DNA of 63,727 nucleotides, filler included, from Octopus bimaculoides (taxonomy: Eukaryota): the NCBI RefSeq assembly GCF_001194135.2. It is 4 parts of 4 records of this genome, joined end to end, with 100 filler letters (N's around TTAATTAATTAA, not from the genome) between each part and the next. Parts side by side here need not be neighbours in the genome. Positions count along the whole stretch, not along the records: positions 1 to 19,702 come from NC_068984.1; positions 19,803 to 33,586 come from NC_068988.1; 2 more parts are not named here. One strand, given 5' to 3'. The notes under the pieces are model-generated. The model was not told where the DNA came from, ran no database searches, and saw nothing but the letters and a program-made list of their open reading frames with translations. Made by a program: the position numbers and the translations under genes. Every line of letters starts with the position of its first letter. Position 1 is the stretch's first letter. Positions 13,610-26,207 of the stretch are shown piece by piece.

Positions 13610-14717
13610 CACACATGAATAAGTTAGCTGACGAATAAATATATATGCACTAAGTAAACAATGGCTTAAAGGTGAAATTTTTCTTTTAACTTCAACTTTT
13701 TCCAACAAAGAACCCATTGATATATATGTATGTATATATANNNNNNNNNNNNNNNNNNNNTATATATATATACATATATATGTATATATATATATATATG
13801 TATATGCACATATATATATATGTATATAAATATATATGTGTGTGTTTGTGTATCTATTAGTAGGTATATATATTTATATATGTATATATAATGTCTTTCT
13901 CTATCTATAGATATATATATAATCCCTCTCCCTCTACGTTTATATATGAATACATACATATATATGTGTGTGTGTGTATATATCTCCCTCATCTTCCTCT
14001 ATATGTATGTGCGTGAGTATAGTATGTGGTATGCCGTCCTCAGAAACAGGCAGAAAAAAGCCAATTAGATGGGTAGGGTATCAATCAGACTTGCTGTTGT
14101 CAGTACTAACACAGCCACTCTTAGTAGCGCATATAATTGATATCTATAGATTCTGACATCTTCCCCAAACCAGAATACAGAGTGGTTCGAAGTAAGCGAA
14201 ATGAAGTAGTCCCAATTATATCGAAACAGGATTACAAGCTTATGAGCCTCCTACCATATCACAATACTTCGTGTGTAATGAGAAACGAACAAAACCGGAA
14301 CTGGCATCTGCACTCTCCTTCCTTTGACCTTGACCTAGAAATGAAGATGTGATGTCGACGGATCTTCATTACTAGATCAACTCGTTTGACCTCCAGCCTT
14401 AGGTAATCTTACTTCCCACCAGCGCTATACAATGTCGGAAATTAACCGGAACCAGAAGTCACCATGTAGAATTTACTGACACTTTAATTTATGGACATTT
14501 AATGGCCCATTGATATAATTTTGTTTAGAAGAGTGAGTTTAATTTCGAACATGTCCTTTGGGCATTGGGGAGATGTTTGTAACGAACTGGGTTTCTTTAT
14601 TTCCTGATAAGACAGCGTTCAATATTAAGATTCGGGTTTTCTTCTTCTCTTTCATTCCATTTCTAATTCTTTCTTTTTTTTCTAACTTCCTTTTTATTTT
14701 CCCTTTTCTCTAACTTG

Positions 14718-14795
<78 letters not shown>

Positions 14796-14808
14796 TTATC
14801 CCACTTTC

Positions 14809-14849
<41 letters not shown>

Positions 14850-15949
14850 ATGTTTCTATCTGTCTGTATATGTTTGTCTATCTGACTGCCTGTCTGTCTG
14901 TCTATGTATCCACGTTGCACTCTTTGTTATTCAGTTATCTACTTTCTGTCTATCTCTCTTCCTACTTTCTATATACCCCACTCTCATTATCTCTCCTATT
15001 TCTCTCTCACCGTCTCCCTCCCTCACTCCCTCATTCCCTTCGTCTCTTCCCCTTCTTTTATTTTTCTCTGTCTTGCCCTCATTCTTTGTGACATCTGGTT
15101 AGCAGTGTCTATGCATTTGATTGTGAATTTTAACTTTGTTTCATCATTTGGATTAATTTCTGACAATTTTTACAAGAAAAATGAAAATAGAATAAAAACA
15201 GTAGCCTTTCTAAATGGAACCATTTCTTTTTCATCTTCTGCCTGCAGGATAACAGTGTGGTTGTGTGAGAAGCAGTAGCGGTTGCAATCATATGTCTATA
15301 TTCCTGCACTTCTTAGCTCACAGTCAAGTCGCACATATGTCGTATATATACTTGCAGGTTTTAGACAGCATGCCAAGCAATTGCAGTCACATGTCATACG
15401 TTCACGTGGTACCCTTAGGCTGTGCTGAATCTCATACACACATAGACATACATCTGTGTACTCGTGTTTATGTATGCAGCACACCTAACAATTGCAGACA
15501 AGCGTTTGTTTGATCTTCACACGTGTTCGAAGTTTAATCCTTTTCTTTTAAAATAAACACGGGTCGTTATGGTACAAAATTTCAAAACATTAGCTGTTCT
15601 CAAAACGCTTATCTAATCTTAAGGATTATAAATTCAATAGAAAAAAAATAAAAAGGCTTATCGTTAAGTACTGAGATATTTCATTGACGAAATTGTTGAC
15701 TTTTTCCAGTAAGGATCATAGCATATCAGAGTTCAGTTACGGTAAGCTGACAAAATTTTTGTCAACTTGGGATTACATAAGTGCATTGTAGTTGTATAAA
15801 CATACTCAGATGTGTCCAATTGTTTTTAGTGCATTAAAAGAAATATGATCTATCTAATACAGGATTCATTTGGAATTCACTGTAAGACTAAAAATGGCTC
15901 GGCTACTAGAAAGGTAAGGATATGCACGTCTGGTTAATCGTGTTATCTT

Positions 15950-16365
15950 TTATCTTTTATTTGTTTCAATCACTGGTTCAGTCGAATAAACCGACCTCAT
16001 ACTTTTTTTTGTTAAGTCTGGTACTTATTCTATTGGTTTCTTTTACCGAACCGCTACGTTACGGGGACGTAAATAAACCAACACCGGTTGTCAAGCGGTG
16101 GTGGGGGAAAATAGAAACACACAGACACACACACACAAACATACATACATATACAAATACACACATATCTCTCTTTACTCTCTTACTCTTTTACTTGTTT
16201 CAGTCATTTGACTGTGGCCATGCCGGAGCACCGCCTCGATGTGTGTGTGTGTGTGTATATATATATACTCGGAGCTATAGCTGAAGACACTTGCCTTAAA
16301 TACTGTGCAATGGGACTGAACCTGAAGCCATGTGGTTGTTAAGTGACCTTCTTAACCACACAGCT
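15950..16365 (-). mobile_element. Composite of decayed family A SINE pieces
   Basis: GCCGAACCGCTA-like and GTCATTTGACTGTGGCCATG tail motifs, plus a head fragment at ~16270-16365. Confidence 0.7.
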
Positions 16366-17760
16366 ATATCTCTAATAGTTATGCGTGTTTTTGAATAAAA
16401 CTCTAATCTCTTCTTATTTAATGACTCAAGCTTAATTAAGTATTCATTATTCTTCTTATCAGAGTTCGCTTCTTCATTTTCAACATGTGTTCTTCTTCAT
16501 GAACCATATTTATCAGAACAGCTTATTAAATAAAGTTCCATCGGAAATCGAACACAAAATGATTTTTTTTCTTAAAAACTGCTATCAGATTGAATTTAAC
16601 AGCGTGCTAAAGATACATCTCAATGAATATTGCAATGAAAGAAGAAGAGAATTAAAAAAAAAAGGAAGAACAAACATTTATTCTAATGAAATATAATCAC
16701 AAGAATTTGCGGAAACCGGTTGTGGTGTGCATTGGTAAGACTCAATAATGTAAAACCAAAGTAATGGTTGTCATGGAAGAGAAAACTAAGGTATCGCTAA
16801 TATTTTTTATTCTGTAGATATTAGTCGATATCTATCTAGAATGGAAGACTGAAGAATATAATCTGTCACATTCATGAAAGAAATTATGATAAGGAAAGTG
16901 GCCTGGATAAGATTGCTTTAATTACCAGGAAATTCAGAGAATGCAGTGCATTATTAAGACTATAATTATGCAAAATATATATTGTATCAGCGAAGGAAAG
17001 AAAATGCGTAGATATTTATTCATACGTGGATGGTGAGATAATTTTGAAAGTGAACTAATCAAACCTCAGTGGACTAGGAAAATATAAAAAATATAAAACA
17101 AATTATATATATACACACACATACACACACATACACACACANNNNNNNNNNNNNNNNNNNNNNNNNNNNNNNNNNNNNNNNNNNNNNNNNNNNNNNNNNN
17201 NNNNNNNNNNNNNNNNNNNNNNNNNNNNNNNNNNNNNNNNNNNNNNNNNNNNNNNNNNNNNNNNNNNNNNNNNNNNNNNNNNNNNNNNNNNNNNNNNNNN
17301 NNNNNNNNNNNNNNNNNNNNNNNNNNNNNNNNNNNNNNNNNNNNNNNNNNNNNNNNNNNNNNNNNNNNNNNNNNNNNNNNNNNNNNNNNNNNNNNNNNNN
17401 NNNNNNNNNNNNNNNNNNNNNNNNNNNNNNNNNNNNNNNNNNNNNNNNNNNNNNNNNNNNNNNNNNNNNNNNNNNNNNNNNNNNNNNNNNNNNNNNNNNN
17501 NNNNNNNNNNNNNNNNNNNNNNNNNNNNNNNNNNNNNNNNNNNNNNNNNNNNNNNNNNNNNNNNNNNNNNNNNNNNNNNNNNNNNNNNNNNNNNNNNNNN
17601 NNNNNNNNNNNNNNNNNNNNNNNNNNNNNNNNNNNNNNNNNNNNNNNNNNNNNNNNNNNNNNNNNNNNNNNNNNNNNNNNNNNNNNNNNNNNNNNNNNNN
17701 NNNNNNNNNNNNNNNNNNNNNNNNNNNNNNNNNNNNNNNNNNNNNNNNNNNNNNNNTATA

Positions 17761-17796
<36 letters not shown>

Positions 17797-19257
17797 TGTA
17801 TGAATGTATGAATGCATGAATGTATTTTTTGTTGAGTACTACATATAAAAGTAGTCAAATTCAATCGGGCCAATATGTGCGTGTACACGCGATTGTGTTA
17901 CACTTACACTGCAAGATACTCGGCCGCTTTGCACTTCTGCTGTCACAGAGTCAGCGATACGTAGACTAAAATAATTACACATAACAAATTCTCACGATTA
18001 TATATGACTTGAAATATAGCGTCAAGGAAACATATGTGTGCATGTGTGAATGTGTTTATGTACGTATTATTTCGATGAATTGTGATATAAGTTTAATTCA
18101 AAATAGCATTGTCATATAAAAAACTACCAGCCCTACTCATTGAAATCTTATAAAATGCAGAGAACTTGCAATGCAATTAAGACTTGTCGACTCTATTATA
18201 ATGGAAGTCTGAAGTTGTCGATTTGTGGAGTATTTTGGATATTTTTTATATTTAATGTTTGATAAAGACGACATGTTGAGCATAAGAAAATGAAAATTGA
18301 TAAGGAAAATAATAAATACTCAATTAAGCAAGTATCTTTAGATAAGCAGAGATTAGAGTCTTGCTCAAATATATAAAAAAAAATATAAAAGCCAAGAATA
18401 AAAAACTAAAGCAACAAAATAACATTAACAGATCGATCTATGTTTCATTATCTATTCGGTCACCGAACGTATTTTGAGGAGGACAAGAATTAAAGCATAT
18501 ATATTTGATGATGATAAAGTAACACAAAGAAAAGGATTCANNNNNNNNNNNNNNNNNNNNNNNNNNNNNNNNNNNNNNNNNNNNNNNNNNNNNNNNNNNN
18601 NNNNNNNNNNNNNNNNNNNNNNNNNNNNNNNNNNNNNNNNATAATAATATACATATGTATATAATTATATTAAGGGAGCAAGGACGAAAAGGACCTATCT
18701 CCAGCATACCTGAAGTGCCCATACCTTCAAGAAAACTAACAAAAACTCCAGATAAATATACACATGGCTGAAAGCGAGATAATGAAAGAATATTAAAAAG
18801 ATCTCACATTAATTGTGAATTGGTTTCAGTTTCTGGATTAAAGCCAGAAATAAGCTTTCTTCCTTCGTCAACACAATACACAGGAAAAATAAATCCAAAT
18901 AATTGTACATACCGTACAGAGCAGGTTCACACGTCTACGTACAAATATTTGCAAGTATAGATCCAAGATAAATAAATTTTAAATCTCCTCACGACAGCCA
19001 TGTGTATATTATAAGAATAGCCAAGCAGTAAATGCTATTCTGGTCAGGAGTAAAAATAACTGAATTATTTTATTTCATTTATTAATTCATAATACAATAT
19101 AAGGATGAAAATCACGTTAATGATTTTATCAGGTAGTCAGCATGCTATTAAAATTTATAGGCAATTTATACATTGAATTAATATTAACATACATATGTAT
19201 ATAGTTATATACATAATGATAATATACATATGTATATTATATTATAATAATAATAAC

Positions 19258-19325
<68 letters not shown>

Positions 19326-19392
19326 CAATAATGATAATGATAACAACAACTTTATGAATATTCGTTTCAATATTTGCTCATTTATATATATA

Positions 19393-19643
19393 TATTATTC
19401 TTTTACTTGTTTCAGTCATTTGACTCCGGCCATGCTGGAGCACCGCATTGAAGGGATTTAGTCGAGCAAATCGACCCCGGGACTTCTTCTTTGTAAGCCT
19501 AGAACTTATTCTATCGTTCTGCTTTGCCGAACCGCTAACTTACAGGAACGTGAACACATCAACGCAGCGACTGTCAAACTGTGATGGGGTAGGAACAAAA
19601 CACAGACACAAAGACATGTACACATAGATATATACATACATTC

Positions 19644-19702
<59 letters not shown>
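19393..19702 (-). mobile_element. Family A SINE tail half running into (CA)n and a gap
   Basis: TTTACTTGTTTCAGTCATTTGACT...GCCGAACCGCTAACTTAC. Confidence 0.8.
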
Positions 19703-19839
19703 NNNNNNNNNNNNNNNNNNNNNNNNNNNNNNNNNNNNNNNNNNNNTTAATTAATTAANNNNNNNNNNNNNNNNNNNNNNNNNNNNNNNNNNNNNNNNNN
19801 NNCCTTACTGTCTGTTTTCGTATATTCATATTTTATAAT

Positions 19840-20085
19840 ATGTATGATGCCATTCTTGTCTCCTTATATAAATCGGGGCCAAAGGATCTGTGTGGTAATT
19901 TTCGTGGGATTTCCCTTTTGTCTGTGGTTGGAAAGGTGCTCGCCCGCATTTTGTTAGAAGGTTTAAATACCTTTATAGTTCCAAGTATGGTGTCTGAGTC
20001 TCAGTGTGGTTTTCGTTCCTCCAGGGGCACAGCTGATTGTATCTTTACTGTCAGACAATTACAGGAGAAGTGCATTGACCCGTTT
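19840..20085 (+). mobile_element. RTE LINE reverse-transcriptase fragment
   Basis: LYKSGPKDLCGNFRGISLLSVVGKVLARILL...ESQCGFRSSRGTADCIFTVRQLQEKC. Confidence 0.88.
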
Positions 20086-20368
20086 TAAAATCGTATGTTT
20101 TCGTTGTCAAATCAATCTAATCGATAGGCTGGAGTTTCTGCGCTTCCAGGATGAAATTAAATTCGGAACATTTTCACATTTATCACCGTTTTGGGTATTT
20201 ATACCCCATACCCCGAATATCTCAATAACTACTGTTCCAATTTACGCGAAACTTGTTTCATTCCGTTCTTATTAACATTTCAGGGTAAATTTAATTCATA
20301 GTATTTTCCTATTATACGCCAGTTTGCCTGGGTAACATTGCAAGCATGATTGAAACTGACTTTTAATG

Positions 20369-20410
<42 letters not shown>

Positions 20411-20531
20411 CTTGGAGTTGATGTTTTTAAAATGCTTAATCTGACGATGACAAAATCATGAGTGTGGTGACGGTAAAGTAAAGAGTAAAGGATGCTGGCC
20501 TAATGGCTCACGATCATAACANNNNNNNNNN

Positions 20532-20689
20532 TGTCACATCTCGGATGTGCCGCTGGGTCAACAGTGGGAATGCTTGGATGCCGGACAGGACGTTTGGCAG
20601 CATTTCGTCTGTCACTAAGTTCTGAGTACAAATTCTGCCGAGATTGACTTTACCTTCAATCCGTTCGGGATCGATAAAATAAGTACTGT
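20532..20689. repeat. 158-bp segment identical to the reverse complement of 23006-23163
   Basis: Base-by-base comparison; the ORF track also shows the same peptide (YFIDPERIEGKVNLGRIC...) on opposite strands. Confidence 0.95.
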
Positions 20690-22188
20690 AGGGCATTGCT
20701 CGTGAACTCATAACAGACAAACTGTAGACAACGACCTCTGCGGACAAGCTATCGAGCTGGTCCTTCCCGGTTAGGCGGTAAAGGAGACCCGAGTATAAAT
20801 GGCCGATCCTACTCTCTCTGCCCCTCTCTGCTCCTCTCTGTCCCTCTCTTTCTCATACACACAATGTAGATGTTTAACGCGGTATAAACGATACTGTGAC
20901 ACATTCTTGTTATTTTTATTCATAGCTTATTTTTATGTATAACCTAACAAAAGCTATATAGTAATCGACTAACTCCTCCATCCACCAAAAATTTCAGGCC
21001 TTGGTCCTATAGAAGAAAGAATTATTATTGTAGTGTTTTTGAAATATATTCTTGAGGATTGTGGGTAATACGTAGTCAATCAATAATAGCTGGAGGAGAC
21101 ATAAAACGTGGACTTTCTTTTCTACTTGGGTTTGGAAGAAGGAGTAGGGTCCTTGGCCTACGTGAATACATCTGTGAATACAAAGAGTTATGTAAATATA
21201 TATTTAGTAACGTTGTGAAACAGGCCCCATGATAGCCTTTTTGGCAGCTTGCGATGAAATTCTAACAGATCGTTTTTATTGGTACCTAACAATTTATCAA
21301 CAGCTGCTAACCTGTCCATCCCGAAATGCTGAACATAAGTAGTAAAATACTACTTAAATGTAAACAGGCATATTGCCTTGACAACAGTTCGTTTACAGAA
21401 AGTTACACGGTTGAGAGCCTCAGAAAATAATTACTAGTGTGCCAGTGGAGTGTGACATACGTATTTGTTGGTGATTTTTCGCTTGAGAAACATGTAAATG
21501 CAGGATTCAAAATGACAAAAAGAAAGGGAGAAAGAAAGAAAGAAAGAAGAAGGAAAGAGTAAGAAAGAAAAGAAAAAAAGAAAAAGAAAGGCAAAGAAAA
21601 ACGAAAAACCGAAGTCAGGTATATGCAAAATAAACTTCGTTTTCATTAATGAGCGAAACGAGAATTGTAAATGCTTAAAAGTAGGTTATAAACATCATTA
21701 TTATAGGTTTCTGTTAGGTAGTAAGTTGGTAGAATCGTTAGAACGTCGGAAAAAATACTTTGCAGCATTTTCCCCAGCTCTTTACATCCTCATCTCCAAT
21801 CCACCGAGGTCAACTTTGTTATTCATCTCTCCTAGTGAATAAAATGAAGTACAAGTCAAGTAGTGGGGTCGGTGACATCAACTAATCTTCCCTCAAAATT
21901 GCTAACCTTGTGCCAAACTAGAAATCCTATAGTAGAAGCACCTAGCTAGGAGAATCGTTAGATCGTCAGAAAAATTTTCTTGGTCGCGCTGCTTTCGTGG
22001 ATTCCCATGACTCTGTCACTAGTTAATTCCATTATTATGAATCTGAATTGAGAGCTTGAGTCGAAGTGAATCTTTCATTAGCTGATTACACAACTATGGT
22101 TGACAACCCTACGGATGCATTGCAGTCACTCTCTATGGGCGCAACAAGTCTAAGCGAGATTGAAAATTGGCGGTGTAACAGCCCAGAG

Positions 22189-22390
22189 TATACCCCTGCC
22201 CAGACTATACTCGGGGCTAGTCTGGGCTAGCCCAAGCTATGCTCCCTCCAGACAACCAGGCCAGAATATACCCCTGTCCAGACTATACTCGGGGCTAGTC
22301 TGCTCCCTCCAGACAAACTATGCTCCCTCCAGACAACCAGGCCAGAATATACCCCTGTCCAGACTATACCCCTGTCCAGACTATACCCCA
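22189..22390. repeat. Minisatellite with ~78-81-bp units and 17-bp sub-repeats
   Basis: TATACCCC recurs at 22189, 22267, 22348, 22365 and 22382. Confidence 0.9.
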
Positions 22391-22659
22391 TGCTTGCGGA
22401 CAAATAACACAGATGTACCTCACTTAAAAAAAGTCGCCTCAGAACATATATAAAATTTGATATCAATTGATGAAGAATAAAAAGTTACATGTAAATTTCG
22501 ATTTAAACATAGCAATGTAGAATTATCAAATGCAAAATACTTAAAAATGTATTAACATAGACCCAACACGAATGCCCACATTTGCACAAGTGTAGGTTAT
22601 GACTAAATAGTACAAGTGCGCTGTGCAGCATGCATGAGTCGTCAATTTTTTCCAGTCAA

Positions 22660-22985
22660 CCTATACATTGGTCTGAAAGCCTCCTACGAGGTTTCAAGGA
22701 AAATTGCTGCTGCAAAAAGACCTCATAACACTGGAGAGCATTTAGTTGCTGCAAAGATATACTCCCACTCGTGCTCGGAACGTCCGAACTACAGCTTAAA
22801 CATGTTTCACTTTCCAACAACACCGTCAGTCGATGAATCACTGAGATATCTGATATTATTTTTTGTCTCAGGTTATCTCAAAGATAAAAATATCAATGTT
22901 TAACTGTGTCGCCATCCAAAATGATGAAACCACTGACGTGTTTATGTATGTTAATTGCATAGCAAGAGCCTGAAAGATGAATTCC
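22660..22985 (+). mobile_element. hAT (Charlie/Buster, ZBED8/FAM200-like) transposase relic
   Basis: LKASYEVSRKIAAAKRPHNTGEHL, VSLSNNTVSR*ITEISD and AIQNDETTDV in changing frames. Confidence 0.8.
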
Positions 22986-23677
22986 TTTTTTGCGAAACCC
23001 TCAACACAGTACTTATTTTATCGATCCCGAACGGATTGAAGGTAAAGTCAATCTCGGCAGAATTTGTACTCAGAACTTAGTGACAGACGAAATGCTGCCA
23101 AACGTCCTGTCCGGCATCCAAGCATTCCCACTGTTGACCCAGCGGCACATCCGAGATGTGACAACTTTGGTGGGGGTGAAGAGAAGAGAGCTGCACCAGC
23201 ACCTGACTGGTACACATTTTCAGCTAAGACAAGATAATGTAAATTCACCGCTTCAGTTTTCCAAAAACCAGACACGTAGACATTTATATCCATCCCTAGA
23301 CATCAGAAAGATCAGAAATGAAAAACTAATTTTAAATATCTAGGTCAAATTAAAGAGGGTCAGGGAAAAATGGCACATGATATGAAATTAACGAAACCCG
23401 ACTAAATAAAAAAAAAAACACAACATAAAATATCGGCTATAGCTTCTTTACAACCTGCCAGGGTGTTTTCTTCGTGATATATTTATTAACCATGCAGTTA
23501 AAGAGAAATTGTTGAAATTAGACATTACTCATTTTACCCCATTTTAGACATCATGTTTTGAAACTTGAAAATTATCAAAAAATTATCAAACTAGACATTA
23601 GTGTGGGTAAAAATTGACTTGGAATCCAAGAAAGAAAAGAATACAGTTCTATATTTAAGAGATTAGGAATTATGTAT

Positions 23678-23819
23678 ATTATTTACATTTGACAGATATT
23701 TGTCCTCATCTTGTTTGTTGTTAACACAACGTTTCACCAAGACACCTGATGAAGGCTGGCCGAAACGTTGTGTTAACAACAAACAAGATGAGAACAAATA
23801 TCCGTCAAATGTAAATAAT
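23678..23819. repeat. Palindrome (58-bp arms, 2 mismatches, 26-bp loop) of probable Penelope terminal-repeat origin
   Basis: Arms 23678-23735 and 23762-23819. Loop plus arm read CTGATGAAGGCTGGCCGAAAC. Confidence 0.85.
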
Positions 23820-24169
23820 GTAAATAAAGTGAAGAAAGAATATTGATTGTTAAACACCAAAACTTATCCAGATATTTTATCAGCAACCTCAATTAAAATT
23901 GGGTCAAAGTTGAGGAAATATTTCTTGGAAAACGAGGACCTGCCACTTGACTATATTTCAGATTCTCTCAACTTCAACAACAACTATGCTGACCAATTTT
24001 TACTTCTAAGGTTGATGCAAGGGTACAAAATGATGTTGCAATACGTGCAATGTAATGGTCTTAAACAGGTCAGGAGAAAATAACGAGAAATCAGAAGTTA
24101 CTCATTTTGCCCCGGTCAGTAATTTTGCCTCACACGCTAAATATATTAGCTTCAAATTTTAGCGAAAGG

Positions 24170-24316
24170 CCAGAAAGTTCGGGGGAGAGGATAAGTCGAT
24201 TACATCGGACCCAATGCGCAACCAGTACTTATTTTATCGACTCCGAAAGGATGAAACGCAAAGTCAGCCTCGGTGGAGTTTGAACTAAGAAAGTAAAGGC
24301 GGACGAAATGCCGCTA
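24170..24316 (-). mobile_element. tRNA-derived SINE (family B), partial
   Basis: GTACTTATTTTATCGAC...GATGAAA...TTTGAACT...GACGAAATGCCGCTAAG. Confidence 0.75.
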
Positions 24317-24402
24317 AGTATATAGATCGGCGCAAGACACACACGCACACACACACGCACACACACACATACACACACACACAAACATACACACACACAT
24401 AT

Positions 24403-24690
24403 ATGAAGCTGCACAGTCTATATACGCTCGAGTAGATAATCTGCTCGCATATATGATGAGACAGCTGCGACGAATTATGAATACTACTCTTTTTGACAAG
24501 ATCAAGAATGAAAAGATCCTACGGCGTGCTGGTGTGTCTCCTTTGATGAGAATCTTCATTGATAGAAATTTACGTTGGTTGGGACACGTACACAGAGTGG
24601 ACAATAGCAGGCTTCCCAATCAACTGCTTTACTTCCAACTATGCAAGGGGAAAAGAAATTATAGAAGACCTAAGAAACTGCAAAATGGAA
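24403..24690 (+). mobile_element. RTE LINE C-terminal fragment
   Basis: MRQLRRIMN...NEKILRRAG...RNLRWLGHVHRVDNSRLPNQLLYFQLCKGKR. Confidence 0.85.
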
Positions 24691-25478
24691 TAAGAAGTGA
24701 AAAAGAATTGATCGTTGTAACTTGTTAAGGTTATCTCTACACATTTTATATGGAAATTGTAGCCTGCACTAATTTTATTACGACATTTTGTTTCCGAGAT
24801 ATCAGATGTAAACAAACAATGAGATCGAAGGTGAGGAAAATGGTTCATGGGTGTATATGCCATATTTCAGGAGTCTTTGCTCCTTCATCAGCACCCATTC
24901 AATCTATTAATCGTCCACAACACGTTGCTTACATAGCTAATGAATATAGCGGTGTAACGTTATTGGATATGACAATTTTACATATTAAACGCATTCCTGG
25001 AAGCTGGTACGTAATGACCTCCAGGGACACCGTATTTCGGTATGCAATCATAATATACTACAAAATATATTAAGCGTCTTTTATAAGTCAATACTGTGTT
25101 AGCAGTGCTATTGTATCATTTGTTAAGGTTGTCTTTACAAGTTTTCTATAGAAATTATAACCAGTACTGATTTTCATACGACGTTTCGTTTCCGAGAGTT
25201 CTGATGTAAACAACAATGTTTTTTTCACTATTGCATGCAAAGCTCTATCTGAAAAGTTGCATAGTATTTGCTGTGTTACGTAACTTTTAGCAAGGTCGTA
25301 CAGAAACAATTGTAACTGATCATTAAATATGTACTAAACTCTTTCTTTGCTTTCTTATTTGGACGCTGTACGATCGAGCGTGCGTGTATGTGTATATGTG
25401 TATATGTATGTGTCTAAGTGCGTGTGTGTGTGTGCGTATGTGTATGTGCTTATGTTTGTCTTTGTATAAGTGTGTGTG

Positions 25479-25710
25479 TTATTTCTTTACTACCCACAAG
25501 GGGCTACACACAGAGAGAACAAACAAAGACAGACAAACGGATTAAGTCGATTATATCGACCCCAGTGCATAACTGGTACTTATTTAATCGACCCCGAAAG
25601 GATGAAAGGCAAAGTCGACCTCGGCGGAATTTGAACTCAGAACGTAGCGGCAGACGAAATACCGCTAAGCATTTCGCTCGGCGTGCTAACGTTTCTGCCA
25701 GCTCGCCGCC
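25479..25710 (-). mobile_element. Family B SINE, near full length
   Basis: Reverse complement starts GGCGGCGAGCTGGCAGAAACGTTAGCACGCCG; B-box-like GAGTTCAAATTCC; tail variant shared with 41527-41745. Confidence 0.85.
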
Positions 25711-26207
25711 GTGTGTGTATGTGTTTGTGGGCGTAGGTGTGTACCCACACATGCATACACGCAAACACACACATACATACGTACATAAACACATACGCAG
25801 GTGTTATAACTCTAAAGTTAAATACGTCAGTTTTCATTTTTCAATAAACAACTTCTTTTATTGACATACTGTGAGCCATGTATTAAGATAATCTCCACAT
25901 AGAAGAAATCTACGTTAATCTAACCCTACTTCTGTAGCGTTAAGACTCTTAATTTTTATAATAACCACATCTTAAAATATATAACAGTTTGTAAATAACT
26001 AGGCATGTTTGTATATTTGTATGCATATTTATATATACACAAAGGTGGTTGTGGTGGCAATGGTATTGTAATTGCCCGTGATGGTGAAAGTACTGTTGTC
26101 CTCGTCATTGTGGGAGAGTTTCCATTGCTGCTAGAGATGTCATTAGCGGTAGTTCTACTGGTGTTTCCGCAAGGCCACTATCGCTGCAACTGCTGCCGCC
26201 ATTATTA

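Noticed and set aside
19747-19758. TTAATTAATTAA island inside Ns (also 33631-33642 and 60560-60571)
   Set aside because: An identical 12-mer centred in a 100-bp gap (44 N each side where counted) is a scaffolding placeholder, not biology.
20700-20840. LTR-like promoter (TATAAA followed by a CT-rich tract)
   Set aside because: No TG...CA termini, second LTR, PBS or PPT found.
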